64,000 nt of DNA from an uncultured Pseudobdellovibrionaceae bacterium (GTDB lineage: Bacteria > Bdellovibrionota > Bdellovibrionia > Bdellovibrionales > JAGQZY01): positions 64,433 to 128,432 of the forward strand of contig CAZPOV010000009.1 of assembly GCA_964588335.1 (NCBI GenBank), written 5' to 3'. Shown here piece after piece: positions 29,573 to 40,169 of the stretch. The translations under genes were made by a program, and so were the position numbers. Under the pieces are notes generated by a model. It did no database searches. It was not told where the DNA came from and was given only the letters and a program-made list of their open reading frames with translations. Every line of letters begins with the position of its first letter. The first letter of the stretch is position 1.

Positions 29573-30346
29573 TTACGCCGCCTTTGTAATATCTTCGGAA
29601 TCTCTTTTGAGATGCGCTGGTAGATATTCTCTAAGGGAATCTTTAATAATTTTAGCATTGAGACCAGAGGAAATTCCCATAACGGCATCAATACAAAGAT
29701 TGTAATTCTTTTCCTCTTCTTCACTGCGAAGAGCCAGTTTGTCAGCTATCGGTTGCGCGATCACGTTAGCGATCACAGCACCATAAAGTGTTGTTAACAA
29801 GGCAACCGCCATCGCGGGACCAATAGACTTGGGATCTTTCATGTTCGATAGCATGTCCACCAGACCAATCAAGGTCCCGATCATCCCCATGGCCGGAGCC
29901 ACGTCGGCAAAGGCTTCAAAAACTTTGCGGCCTTTTTGGTGTCGATCAATTGTCAGTTCTTTATCTTTAGTTAAAATTTCACGGATCACGTCGGGATCGT
30001 AGCCATCGACAAGCATCATGATTCCTCTTTCAAGAAATCCGTTGCTGATATCAAAAGATTCCAAAGCAAGAATTCCACTTTTCTTTGAAGCTTTGGCTAG
30101 CTCGTAAACCTGGTCAATAAGGTCTTCTGGCTTATCCACCTTCGAGGAGAAGGCTTTGATTGTCACTTTCAGTGTATTGAGAAGTTGTTTTAAACTAAAC
30201 TTAACGGCCACCACAAACAAAGATCCACCCACAACCACAAGTATTGAAGGGATGTTGAAAAACATCGCTGGCTTATTACCCATCATGATCGTGGCCAGAA
30301 TAATTACGACCGCGCCAAATAACCCTATGAGTGTTGCTATATCCAC
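29573..30346 (-). CDS. motA: flagellar stator MotA/PomA
   Basis: APAMGMIGTLIGL, IGPAMAVALLTTLYG. Confidence 0.93.
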   Translation of the reverse strand: MDIATLIGLFGAVVIILATIMMGNKPAMFFNIPSILVVVGGSLFVVAVKFSLKQLLNTLKVTIKAFSSKVDKPEDLIDQVYELAKASKKSGILALESFDISNGFLERGIMMLVDGYDPDVIREILTKDKELTIDRHQKGRKVFEAFADVAPAMGMIGTLIGLVDMLSNMKDPKSIGPAMAVALLTTLYGAVIANVIAQPIADKLALRSEEEEKNYNLCIDAVMGISSGLNAKIIKDSLREYLPAHLKRDSEDITKAA

Positions 30347-30379
30347 TTGAACCCTCTTTTGTTAAGTTCTCTAAGAATT

Positions 30380-30407
30380 CTATCGGTTTATAGGTTTAGA
30401 AAGTTGA
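30380..30407 (-). promoter_or_regulatory. putative sigma28 promoter for motAB
   Basis: minus strand TCAA-N16-ACCGATAG upstream of motA. Confidence 0.5.
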
Positions 30408-30547
30408 CTCGCCAAAGGTCGAAAAGCCGAAAAATAGACGCATCCGCCAAGGGACCTTGCCAATTGCCAAAAGCTCAAGGATTTTGTATGGTTGCCTTCA
30501 GTTTGAGAGGTTCAATGCAACCTCAATGTTCGCTGACGGAGGAAAAT

Positions 30548-31030
30548 ATGAAAAAGGCAATCTTAGTACTGGTTATGGTGAGCTTACCGTTATTGGCTGG
30601 GGCTGGACTAAAGGACAGCAAAAAGATGAACCCAAGCGAGACTGTCGGCAAAGAATTTGGTGGCAAAATCACCTCAAAGAAGGTCACCGATCTGGGCGAG
30701 GTTATGAAAAACTACCACAAGTACAAAGGCGAAGCAGTCGTATTTGAAGCCAAGGCCAAAAAAGTCTGTGAACAAAAAGGCTGTTGGATGGTTTTAAAAG
30801 ATGGCAACAAAGAGGTGCGAACTCTTTTTAAAGACTATGGATTCTTTGTGCCCAAAACAATTGTTGGTAAAAAAGTGCGCGTTCAGGGCACCATGAAACG
30901 CAAGAAAGTCTCAGCGGCCACCATTCGACATTTTATGAAAGATGAGGGCAAGAAAATGGAAGATATCCAAAAAGTAAAAACCGGCCAAATCCAGTATGAG
31001 TTTGAAGCCGACGCTGTAGAAATAATTTAG
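30548..31030 (+). CDS. DUF4920 domain protein
   Basis: VCEQKGCWM, FKDYGFFVP; ATG 30548 after GGAGG. Confidence 0.85.
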   Translation: MKKAILVLVMVSLPLLAGAGLKDSKKMNPSETVGKEFGGKITSKKVTDLGEVMKNYHKYKGEAVVFEAKAKKVCEQKGCWMVLKDGNKEVRTLFKDYGFFVPKTIVGKKVRVQGTMKRKKVSAATIRHFMKDEGKKMEDIQKVKTGQIQYEFEADAVEII

Positions 31031-31038
31031 TTCTCAAA

Positions 31039-31692
31039 ATGACCAAGCAAGAGCGGGCTGATATTGTCCGCAAACGACTTAGAAAGCTTTACCCCCAGAC
31101 ACCAATTCCGTTGGATCACAAAGATCCTTATACATTATTGGTTGCGGTGTTACTTTCTGCCCAATGCACTGATGAGCGGGTGAACCAAGTCACCCCGGTG
31201 TTGTTTAAAATGGCTGACACCCCTCAAAAAATGGCGAAAAAAAGTCCTGAGAAAATTCGCGAAATAATCAAACCCTGTGGCCTGAGTCCTCGCAAATCAA
31301 AGGCCATCCATGAACTTTCAAAAATCTTGATAGACAAGCATGGCGGTCAGGTTCCAGATAATTTTGAGGACCTGGAAGCTTTGCCCGGGGTGGGACATAA
31401 AACCGCCAGTGTTGTTATGAGTCAGGCTTTTGGTTACCCAGCCTTCCCGGTCGATACCCATATTCACCGGTTGGCCCAACGTTGGCGTTTAACCAATGGC
31501 AAAAATGTTGTGCAGACCGAAAAGGATCTAAAAAAACTTTTTCCGGAAGACACCTGGAATGAGTTGCATTTGCAGATCATTTATTACGGACGGGAACACT
31601 GTCAGGCCCGGGCTTGCCATGGACTGCAATGCCCAATCTGTAAGGAAGTCAATCCCGGGAGAAAGTCTCCCGTCGTCTTTAAAAAGGCTTAG
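31039..31692 (+). CDS. nth: endonuclease III
   Basis: LLSAQCTD, Hh[15 protein letters not shown]-x4-C-x4-CxxC Fe-S cluster. Confidence 0.95.
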   Translation: MTKQERADIVRKRLRKLYPQTPIPLDHKDPYTLLVAVLLSAQCTDERVNQVTPVLFKMADTPQKMAKKSPEKIREIIKPCGLSPRKSKAIHELSKILIDKHGGQVPDNFEDLEALPGVGHKTASVVMSQAFGYPAFPVDTHIHRLAQRWRLTNGKNVVQTEKDLKKLFPEDTWNELHLQIIYYGREHCQARACHGLQCPICKEVNPGRKSPVVFKKA

Positions 31693-34600
31693 TTGTGGTA
31701 TCCCAAATGCGGCGATAGCCATTTTTCAATGCGCTCTTTGGTCATGCCTTTGCGTTTGGCATAGTCTTTTATTTGTGACTGGTCCAATTGACCGACGTGA
31801 AAGTACTTCGCTTCGGGGTGCAAAAAGTAGTAGCCAGAAACCGAGCTGGGAGGATTCATGGCAAAGGTTTCTGTCAGACTGACTCCGGTTAACTTTTCCA
31901 CGTCCATCAAGTCCCAAATTGTTTGTTTTTCGGTGTGATCGGGACAAGAGGGGTAGCCCATGGCCGGGCGAATCCCTTGGTATTTCTCCTCGATAAGCTC
32001 TTGGTTTGAAAACGACTCTTCGATCCCATAGAACTCTTTACGAACTTTTTCATGAAGGCGCTCGGCAAAGGCTTCCGCAATCCGATCGCCAACAGCTTTC
32101 ATCATAATCGATGAGTAATCATCGTTGTCTTTTTCGTACTCACTGGCCATTTCATCAACTTCTTTTCCCGCGGTGACCGCAAAGGCCCCGATGGAATCGG
32201 CGACACCACTACTGTCGCCGGCCACAAAATCAGCCAGGCAGTGGTGAAAGACTCCCTCTTTCTTTTTAGCTTGTTGCCTTAAGAAATGCAGGCGGGCCAT
32301 TTCTTTATTGGGATCGTTGGGATCAAGAACCACAACATCGTTGGTGTCTCGGAAGGCAGGCCATACACCAAAAACACCCTTCGGTTGAACACGGCCATCA
32401 CTGATGATGGTTTCAAGCATGGTTTGGGCTTCGTCAAAAAGTTTGCGGGCTTCAACTCCATACTTTTCACTTTCAAAAATTTTCGGAAACACACCTTTAA
32501 TTTGCCAGGCCCAGAAAAACGGAGACCAGTCGATATAAGGTATCAGCTCTTCAACACTCATATGAGCTGGGAACACACCAAACTCTTTGGGCAGCGGTGT
32601 TGGGTTGGGGTTTTTACGAATCCAATTGTTGGTGTTGGCATAGGTATAGGGAACTAAGTCGGCACCATTGTCTTTACGCCCTAAATAGTTGTCTCTTAGC
32701 TTTTTGTATTTAGTTTTGTACTCATCCAGGGTTGGTTTCGCCGTCTTTTCACCTAATACACGATTGCAGACGTCAACAACCAGAGACGCGTCACTCACGT
32801 GACCAATCAATCCCGAATACTCAGGATCGATCTTAACAGCGGTGTGAATTCGACTGGTGGTGGCTCCTCCCACCAAAAGGGGAACTTTCAATCCTTGTTT
32901 TTCAAATTCCTTGGCATTTTGAATCATTTCATCAAGGCTTGGTGTGATCAGCCCACTCATGCCGACAATCTCGGCCTTATGTTCTTTGGCAGCTTCGATG
33001 ATAGCTTCACAACTGACCATCACTCCTAAATCGACAACTTTATACCCATTGCAGGCCAACACCACGCCGACGATATTTTTGCCAATGTCGTGAACGTCGC
33101 CTTTAACAGTGGCAATGACAAAAGTCTTTTGTGTGTCGGTTTCCTTTTTTTCTTCTTCCATGTAGGGCTCAAGGTAAGCCACCGCTTTTTTCATAACCCG
33201 AGCACTTTTCACAACCTGGGGTAAAAACATTTTACCGGCACCAAACAGGTCGCCCACCTGTTTCATTCCGTTCATCAGTGGACCTTCGATCACTTTTAGG
33301 GGAGTTTTCAGGTCTTGGCGGGCCTCTTCAGTGTCTTTTTCAACAAACTCGGTAATTCCGTGAACAAGGGCGTGCCGCATGCGATCTTCGTAAGAGGCTT
33401 TTCTCCAACTGAGATCCTGTTTTTGCACATTGCCTTTCTCGCCTTTGAATCGAGCCGCGTAATCGGTGAGGCGTTCGGTGGCATCCTCGCGCCGATTCAG
33501 AATCACGTCCTCGACTCGGGTTAAAAGCTCTGGCGGTATGTCTTCGTACACCGTTAACATACCGGCGTTGACAATTCCCATGTCCAGCCCTGCGCGGGTG
33601 GCATGAAATAAGAAGACGGAGTGCATGGCCTCGCGGACCACATTGTTACCACGAAAGGAAAACGAAACGTTACTGATACCACCGCTGGTTTTGACAAGTG
33701 GACAGGTTTTCTTTATTTCGCGCACAGCCTCAATAAAATCGACGGCGTAATTGTTGTGCTCTTCAATACCGGTGGCGACGGTTAAAACGTTGGGATCAAA
33801 AATAATATCTTCCGGGGGAAAACCAACCTCTTCCGTTAAAATTTTGTAAGCTCTTTGACAAATTCGGACCTTGTCATCTTTGGTGGCGGCCTGCCCCTTC
33901 TCGTCAAAGGCCATGACCACAACGGCAGCGCCATAGGTTAAGAGCTCACGAGCCTGCTCTTTAAAGACCTCTTCTCCTTCTTTTAAAGAGATAGAATTGA
34001 CCACCGATTTGCCTTGGGTGTTCTTCAAGCCTTGCACTAAGACCGACCATTTCGAGCTATCGATCATGATCGGAATTCTGGAGATGTCGGGTTCAGAACC
34101 GATGAGTCTTAGAAAGTGCTCCATAGAAGCTTCGCCATCAATCATGCCCTCATCGAAATTGACATCAAGAATATTGGCGCCGTTTTCAACCTGCTGACGA
34201 GCCACATCTAAGGCCTCTTCAAATTTGTTTTCGGCGACCAGGCGTCGGAATTTGGGCGAACCTGTGACGTTTGTTCTTTCGCCCACCATGACAAAGGATT
34301 GGCTGTTTTCAATGGTATCGAAATTAAATTTCTCTAAACCGCTGAGGCGGGTGCGCTTCGGCGGAGACACCAGGGTGCGGGGTGGTTTGTCCTTGGTTTT
34401 TTCAATGGTCGCACGGATGTGATCCGGCGTTGTCCCACAGCACCCACCAACGAGATTGACGTAGCCTTCATTGACCATATCTAAAAGAGCATTGGATGTG
34501 TATTCTGGATCCTCATCGTAGCCTGTTTCACTCAATGGATTGGGCAAGCCAGCGTTGGGATAACAGCTGACATAGCAATCCGCCAGGTCGCTGAGCTCTC

Positions 34601-35348
34601 GAATATAGGGTTTAAGTTCATTGGCGCCAAATGCGCAGTTCATGCCCACCGCTAAAGGCTTGGCATGGCGAACGGAATTCCAGAAGGCTTCAATGGTTTG
34701 ACCCGACAGGGTGCGGCCCGACTTATCGGTGATGGTTGCCGACAGGATCATGGGTAGTTTCTTTTTTTGTCTTTTAAAAACATTGTCAGAGGCTTTGATG
34801 CAGGCCTTCAAGTTCAAAGTATCAATGAAGGTCTCTGCCAGCAGCAGGTGCACGCCGCCATCCATCAACGCTGTAATCTGTTCTTCATATTCTTCAGTCA
34901 ACTGATCAAAAGAGATATCGCGAAAGGCCGGGTCACTGACCTCTGAAGAGATAGAGGAGATTTTGGTGGTCGGACCGATGGAGCCGGCTATCCATATTGG
35001 ACGATCAAACTCATTGGCCACCTCGTGCGCTAGTAAGGCCGATGTTTTATTAAGCTCGTAAGTGTACTCTTCGCAGGCGAAATCCGACTGCGAGACACGG
35101 GTGCCACTGAAAGTGTTGGTCGAGATAATGTCAGAACCGGCTTTAAGGAATTCTCGGTGCATCGATTTGACTTTTTCTGGGGCGCTGAGGGTCAGAAAGT
35201 CATTGTTCCCTTTTAACTTCACTTTATGGTCTTTAAAACGTTCACCCCGAAAGTCGTCCTCTTCCAGATGCATTTTTTGAAAGCTGGTTCCAATTCCACC
35301 ATCAAAATACAGGATTCTTTTTTTCAGTTCTTTTTCAATATCGATCAC
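31689..35348 (-). CDS. metH: B12-dependent methionine synthase
   Basis: [45 protein letters not shown]. Confidence 0.97.
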   Translation of the reverse strand: MIDIEKELKKRILYFDGGIGTSFQKMHLEEDDFRGERFKDHKVKLKGNNDFLTLSAPEKVKSMHREFLKAGSDIISTNTFSGTRVSQSDFACEEYTYELNKTSALLAHEVANEFDRPIWIAGSIGPTTKISSISSEVSDPAFRDISFDQLTEEYEEQITALMDGGVHLLLAETFIDTLNLKACIKASDNVFKRQKKKLPMILSATITDKSGRTLSGQTIEAFWNSVRHAKPLAVGMNCAFGANELKPYIRELSDLADCYVSCYPNAGLPNPLSETGYDEDPEYTSNALLDMVNEGYVNLVGGCCGTTPDHIRATIEKTKDKPPRTLVSPPKRTRLSGLEKFNFDTIENSQSFVMVGERTNVTGSPKFRRLVAENKFEEALDVARQQVENGANILDVNFDEGMIDGEASMEHFLRLIGSEPDISRIPIMIDSSKWSVLVQGLKNTQGKSVVNSISLKEGEEVFKEQARELLTYGAAVVVMAFDEKGQAATKDDKVRICQRAYKILTEEVGFPPEDIIFDPNVLTVATGIEEHNNYAVDFIEAVREIKKTCPLVKTSGGISNVSFSFRGNNVVREAMHSVFLFHATRAGLDMGIVNAGMLTVYEDIPPELLTRVEDVILNRREDATERLTDYAARFKGEKGNVQKQDLSWRKASYEDRMRHALVHGITEFVEKDTEEARQDLKTPLKVIEGPLMNGMKQVGDLFGAGKMFLPQVVKSARVMKKAVAYLEPYMEEEKKETDTQKTFVIATVKGDVHDIGKNIVGVVLACNGYKVVDLGVMVSCEAIIEAAKEHKAEIVGMSGLITPSLDEMIQNAKEFEKQGLKVPLLVGGATTSRIHTAVKIDPEYSGLIGHVSDASLVVDVCNRVLGEKTAKPTLDEYKTKYKKLRDNYLGRKDNGADLVPYTYANTNNWIRKNPNPTPLPKEFGVFPAHMSVEELIPYIDWSPFFWAWQIKGVFPKIFESEKYGVEARKLFDEAQTMLETIISDGRVQPKGVFGVWPAFRDTNDVVVLDPNDPNKEMARLHFLRQQAKKKEGVFHHCLADFVAGDSSGVADSIGAFAVTAGKEVDEMASEYEKDNDDYSSIMMKAVGDRIAEAFAERLHEKVRKEFYGIEESFSNQELIEEKYQGIRPAMGYPSCPDHTEKQTIWDLMDVEKLTGVSLTETFAMNPPSSVSGYYFLHPEAKYFHVGQLDQSQIKDYAKRKGMTKERIEKWLSPHLGYHN

Positions 35349-35433
35349 AAACGCACACCTTTTTAAGCCCCCATGATAGAGGCTGAGAGGCTGTCTGTGT
35401 ACTTAAAAAGGTATTTTTCGACTCAGAATATAA

Positions 35434-36132
35434 CTACTCTTTCAGTTTGCGCACCGTTTGCTGGATAACCATTTCAAGCTTGTGGAGTTCATCGTTGTTA
35501 GGAGCCGCTCGCAAGATCAATTGCTTCAGCATGGTCAGCATATTCCATCGGGGCTGGCTGTCTAAATCGAAATCAAGAGCCTCCAACCACAGTCTCAGAG
35601 CCGGTTCAGGATCCTTGATCGGCTCTTTTTCGAAATCATCGAGTTTTTTCTGCCCCAATTTTTGATGAAAACTTTGCAAGGCGACCAGCACGGAGTGGGA
35701 CAAATTCATGCTTTGCAGCTCTCCGGGCAAATGAAAATGGACCAATCGATGCATAAGATCTAAGTCATCGGCGGCGAGGCCGTGATCTTCCGCACCAAAA
35801 ACTAAATAAGTCGGGCGATCGACATTTAAAATGGAATCTTCGAGCAAGTTATCAAGAGCCACACTGGGCCGGCGTTTGCCTTGACGTCGACTAAAAGCAA
35901 TTCGCAAGCCTTCCGGTTCATTTTCTATAAACTGGTTCCAAGAGGGATAAATTTGCACATTCTGCAGGGGCTTTTGCCCCTGTGCCGCCCCTTGTTTGGC
36001 CTCTTCATTCAGTTCGCACTGGGGAGCGACCAAAATCAACTGTTCAACGGCAAAATTGCACAGAATTCTTGAAACCATACCCACATTGCGTGGGTATTTT
36101 GAAGCAACAAGAACCACTCTTAAAAAATTCAT
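35434..36132 (-). CDS. SPOUT RNA methyltransferase (TrmJ/LasT-like)
   Basis: PRNVGMVSR, VFGAEDHGL, SMNLSHSV. Confidence 0.85.
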   Translation of the reverse strand: MNFLRVVLVASKYPRNVGMVSRILCNFAVEQLILVAPQCELNEEAKQGAAQGQKPLQNVQIYPSWNQFIENEPEGLRIAFSRRQGKRRPSVALDNLLEDSILNVDRPTYLVFGAEDHGLAADDLDLMHRLVHFHLPGELQSMNLSHSVLVALQSFHQKLGQKKLDDFEKEPIKDPEPALRLWLEALDFDLDSQPRWNMLTMLKQLILRAAPNNDELHKLEMVIQQTVRKLKE

Positions 36133-37877
36133 AGGTCTTTGTCAGCTAAGGTGAGTCCGTCTTCGATGACAGTGGCCTTATCGGGATCTTTTGATTTGAT
36201 AGTCATTAAACTTTTCACGATCGACTCTCGAAGCCCCTCGCTTCCAGAAATTCGGTACGTCATTTCAACCAATTCGACTCGCGTCAACCAGTCCATTGGG
36301 TGGCTGGCTTCAAGTTTTGTAAAAATCTCTTGGATATCATCAGCTGAAAAGGTGCTCTTGTTTCTGAGGTCGCGGATGTCCTGATAAATCCTATTAAGAG
36401 CGCTGGCCTCTTCAGAGGGTTTCTTACGTTGCACTGTTTTTTTGGGAAATGAGTCGGTGTGGCCGTAGCTTTTCCGGTCGGCCGGGCCAGAAAAAACCGA
36501 TTCGATGCTAGAACCGACGGCCATATCGAAGGTTCCCCAGTCCGGCATAAACAAAGTCTTGCCATTGAAAGTGACGGTACAGTCCTCCCAAGAGATCAAG
36601 CACAGTTCTTTGCGAGGGGTTCTTTCTGTCCCTTTGACAACACCTTCCACCAACACACCCGACTCAAACTGCAGCTGGGCTTTTTGACCCGGCTTGATAC
36701 CCAAATGTTCAAGGTCCTCTGTCGAAGCCCAGGAGAGACAGTCTTCAAAACCTTCAACATAACCCAAGGGCGAGCTAAATCCATGGGTGTGATAGTCTTT
36801 GTCGTGACCTTTTAGTTGATGGCCACCCACGCAAAGTTGGGTGGGGCCTTCCAAGCGGAAGTAGAGGCAGTCACCATTTTCGGCGATGTAGTCGACAACC
36901 TTACCAGAAACTTGCAACCCGGAATTCAACTGCACGGTGTTCACGGTTTTCGCTTCAATGGCGCGATCCAAACCAAAAGTTCCGCCTTTTTTATAAGCCA
37001 AAGTTTTCGCTAACTCGTGCAAGACGCGCGTTAGGTCTTCAAAAGACTTGGCAACAAACAGCTGCGGTTGGGGTTCTGTAATATCATAAGTGAAATTAAC
37101 GCAATCCACAGACAGAGGAATCTTTTTCACTTTGTCTTTAAGGCACTCTTTGGCTTCTCCATAAGAAGAGAGAAGACCGGCGCCATAAATCTTTGGATCA
37201 TCCAAGGAGCCAATCAAACCATACTCAGCCGTCCACCAATTCATACGGCCCAATAGAGTGGCCTCGGAGGTGACAGTCATATTGTTGGCGATGTGATCCA
37301 ATTTTTCGTTGGCCCGCTTAATCTCTTCCTCGGTGGAGTCGGGATGTTCTTTAATATCAGAGAGTTCTCGAATGGCTTCGTACAGGGCTAAATCTTCGCT
37401 GGAGACAATTGCATTTTTTGCAACCGCAGCATATTGCTTTAAATATTTAGCAAAGTCTGGATGAATGAGGATGGGGGCGTGGCCGGCGGCTTCATGGACA
37501 ATATCAGGCGCTGGCGTGTACAGGATGTGTTCTAAGCTTCGCATGTCGGAAGCGATGGGTAAGATTCCTAAACTTTGCATTTCCATAAAAGCTGCCGGAG
37601 GAATAAAACCACTGACCGGTACTGCCGACCATCCGAATTCTTTTAGTTTTTTACAAATGCTATCGATACTAGGAATTTCATCGACAGTGATGCCAGTTTT
37701 TTTGAGTCCATCAAGGTAGCAGTCATGGGCGTTTTGACTTAAAAAGTTTTTTAGCTGACGAAGTGTGTATCGCCAAACCGCGTGATCAATCGGTTGGTAC
37801 TGAGTTGTGTCCTGTTCGACAATAAACTCTTTCAGGTGATCAGGAATGCTTTGTTTTAGTTTTTCAATATTTTCCAC
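36129..37877 (-). CDS. phhA: aromatic amino acid (phenylalanine-4) hydroxylase, long form
   Basis: YTPAPDIVHEAAGH, WWTAEYGL, IYGAGLLSS, DITEPQP; GTG start 37877 after GAGG (ORF extends to 37940). Confidence 0.9.
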   Translation of the reverse strand: MENIEKLKQSIPDHLKEFIVEQDTTQYQPIDHAVWRYTLRQLKNFLSQNAHDCYLDGLKKTGITVDEIPSIDSICKKLKEFGWSAVPVSGFIPPAAFMEMQSLGILPIASDMRSLEHILYTPAPDIVHEAAGHAPILIHPDFAKYLKQYAAVAKNAIVSSEDLALYEAIRELSDIKEHPDSTEEEIKRANEKLDHIANNMTVTSEATLLGRMNWWTAEYGLIGSLDDPKIYGAGLLSSYGEAKECLKDKVKKIPLSVDCVNFTYDITEPQPQLFVAKSFEDLTRVLHELAKTLAYKKGGTFGLDRAIEAKTVNTVQLNSGLQVSGKVVDYIAENGDCLYFRLEGPTQLCVGGHQLKGHDKDYHTHGFSSPLGYVEGFEDCLSWASTEDLEHLGIKPGQKAQLQFESGVLVEGVVKGTERTPRKELCLISWEDCTVTFNGKTLFMPDWGTFDMAVGSSIESVFSGPADRKSYGHTDSFPKKTVQRKKPSEEASALNRIYQDIRDLRNKSTFSADDIQEIFTKLEASHPMDWLTRVELVEMTYRISGSEGLRESIVKSLMTIKSKDPDKATVIEDGLTLADKDL

Positions 37878-37887
37878 AGGTATTTCC

Positions 37888-38853
37888 TCATAGAAAGGGG
37901 TCCTCTTTGTCGAGATATTGGATGTAGTCACGAATTCCATCTTCGAGCCTCCACTGGGGTTGGCTGAAACCTTGACTCAGAAAACGTTCCATTTTGGCTT
38001 CAGTAAAATACTGGTATCGTGGACGAATGTCTTCAGGGACATCCACCCATTCAATATTCATTTCACGATTCATGTTTGAAAAAGTTGCGGATGCAAGATC
38101 AAGCCAAGTGCGCGCCTGACCGTATCCCATGTTATAGATGCCGGAGTAGCCTTTACCATCCATAATTTCACTGATCCAACGAGTGATATCTTTGACATAG
38201 ACAAAGTCTCGCAATTGTTCACCGTCTTTATAATCAGGATGATGAGATTTAAAAAGTTTCAAAGTGCCATTTACTTTAATCTGTCGGTAGGCTTTAAACA
38301 CCACACTGCTCATATCTTTTTTGTAATATTCATTAGGACCGTAAACATTAAAGAAGCGTAAACCCATCCAGAAAGGTGGAAACTTATCTTGTTTTAATAC
38401 CCAACGATCGAAATTCACTTTCGAGTCACCATAGGGGTTTAACGGTTGAAGAATGTCTGGATCGGTTTGGTCATCAAAACCTTGGCTGCCATCACCATAG
38501 CACGCACCACTGCTGGCATAGATAAAGCGAACGTCGTTATCGCGACAGTACTCAAACAGTTTTTGGGTGTACAAGGTGTTGTTCTCTCTTAAGAACTCAA
38601 CATTCATTTCTGTGGTTGAAGAGCAGGCTCCCATATGAATGATCCACTCAATTTTTTCAGAAGGGCCTTTTTCCAGTTCCTCTAGAAATTGATTGTGATC
38701 CATAAAAGCTTTGTATTGGCGCTTGTCGAGGAGTCCGGGGCGCGCTTGCACAGGCACCGTATCGACACAAAGAATGTCGGTGATTCCCTTATTGTTAAGT
38801 TCCCAAACAATGGCGCTTCCAATGAAGCCTGTGGCACCTGTTACAACTATCAT
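37888..38853 (-). CDS. hldD: ADP-L-glycero-D-manno-heptose 6-epimerase
   Basis: TGATGFIGS, HMGACSSTTE, YASS, PLNPYGDSK, RDFVYVKD, YQYFTEA. Confidence 0.93.
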   Translation of the reverse strand: MIVVTGATGFIGSAIVWELNNKGITDILCVDTVPVQARPGLLDKRQYKAFMDHNQFLEELEKGPSEKIEWIIHMGACSSTTEMNVEFLRENNTLYTQKLFEYCRDNDVRFIYASSGACYGDGSQGFDDQTDPDILQPLNPYGDSKVNFDRWVLKQDKFPPFWMGLRFFNVYGPNEYYKKDMSSVVFKAYRQIKVNGTLKLFKSHHPDYKDGEQLRDFVYVKDITRWISEIMDGKGYSGIYNMGYGQARTWLDLASATFSNMNREMNIEWVDVPEDIRPRYQYFTEAKMERFLSQGFSQPQWRLEDGIRDYIQYLDKEDPFL

Positions 38854-38948
38854 CTGTGGTTCCTTTCCCGTCCCCTAAAAAGGCATAAAGCCTGAGAATT
38901 TCCTAACAAATCCGTTCTAATGGAGCCAAGGCACGGCGACAAGAAATC

Positions 38949-40058
38949 TTAGGGGGCGGCGCGCAAATGGGTCCTTAGAAAGCCCAGGATTTCTCTAGAG
39001 CCCTTGAGCAAACAATGACAGACAAACTCGGAGAGGGGAAAAAGCCCAAAAACCACCCAATCAAAGATAGGCCAATGGTTAATATAAAAGGTTTCGAGAT
39101 TGCTGAAAATGCCAATCAGAATCCAGTTCACGATATAGAAAAAGAAGAAACGTCGATTGAGGTAAATATTTGAAACCCAAGCCAAAGCGGGGCGTGACAA
39201 AGCCCATTGGTTGATGGACTGAACAAAGCCTAGGCGTATAAAGAAAAATACAAAAATCATATGCGCCAGCCACGCCGGTCGTTCAACGTTTTGTACAAAC
39301 TGATAAAAATCAGGGCCGATAGGCACCGGGTAAAAAGCGCCCCAATAGGGCCCACTGACTAAGAAGGACAATGCCCATAGTCCGGCCTCCAGAGGATGGA
39401 TTGTGTGTAAACGTTTTTCCCATCGTGGTTTCATGCGAAGCATCTTACCCAAACTGAATCCTATGATTGGGAGTCCCACCCAAGGCACTAAGGGCCAACT
39501 GCCACCACCGCGCAAATGATAGCTGCCAAAGATTCCGGGGTAGAACCATCGGTCTTGTAAGCTTGGCAGAATCCAGGTTTCGGGAGGAAGGGCGATCAGT
39601 ACGACACCGATGATGGAGCCAACAATCAGCCCAAAAGGAATCCGAGTCAGTACCGCCAGGGCCAGACTGGCGACACCAATAAAATGATAGATGTCCCATT
39701 CTAAAGCCAGGTGGCTTTCTTCGAAATAAATAATAAATAGGGTGAAAATGCCTAAAAAAACCACGCCCATCAACTGCTTCAATTTCTGTATCGAAAGTCC
39801 AATCCAGCCAATTAGAAAATAGGAAAGAAAGACAATCGAGAATCCACTGAAAGCCATGAACCGGGAGTAATGTTCAAGGGGGAGTTCCAGAAGACCATGG
39901 TTTGCGAGATGGTGTTGATTCGAGTAAAATGTGGCCTCATGAATGTGGAAATGGGCAATGGCAATCATCGATAACAAGCGAAGAACATCGACAAAAAATA
40001 GCCGCGGCCGCGAGGAAGCAATTTCCCTATCGGAGGATGTATCATTTTGAGGCGTCAT
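38949..40058 (-). CDS. DUF1624/HGSNAT-like membrane acyltransferase-type protein
   Basis: RLFFVDVLRLLSMIAIAHFH, WDIYHFIG, WPLVPWVG; about 10 TMs. Confidence 0.65.
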   Translation of the reverse strand: MTPQNDTSSDREIASSRPRLFFVDVLRLLSMIAIAHFHIHEATFYSNQHHLANHGLLELPLEHYSRFMAFSGFSIVFLSYFLIGWIGLSIQKLKQLMGVVFLGIFTLFIIYFEESHLALEWDIYHFIGVASLALAVLTRIPFGLIVGSIIGVVLIALPPETWILPSLQDRWFYPGIFGSYHLRGGGSWPLVPWVGLPIIGFSLGKMLRMKPRWEKRLHTIHPLEAGLWALSFLVSGPYWGAFYPVPIGPDFYQFVQNVERPAWLAHMIFVFFFIRLGFVQSINQWALSRPALAWVSNIYLNRRFFFFYIVNWILIGIFSNLETFYINHWPIFDWVVFGLFPLSEFVCHCLLKGSREILGFLRTHLRAAP

Positions 40059-40169
40059 CGAGAAAATTGTAACGGAAAAACTGTGTGAAAACGAGATTGA
40101 ATCGGTGAAATGCCGGCAATTTACTGATTTTTTTCATATAATGAAGATGGGTAATTAAAGGGGGAAAGT

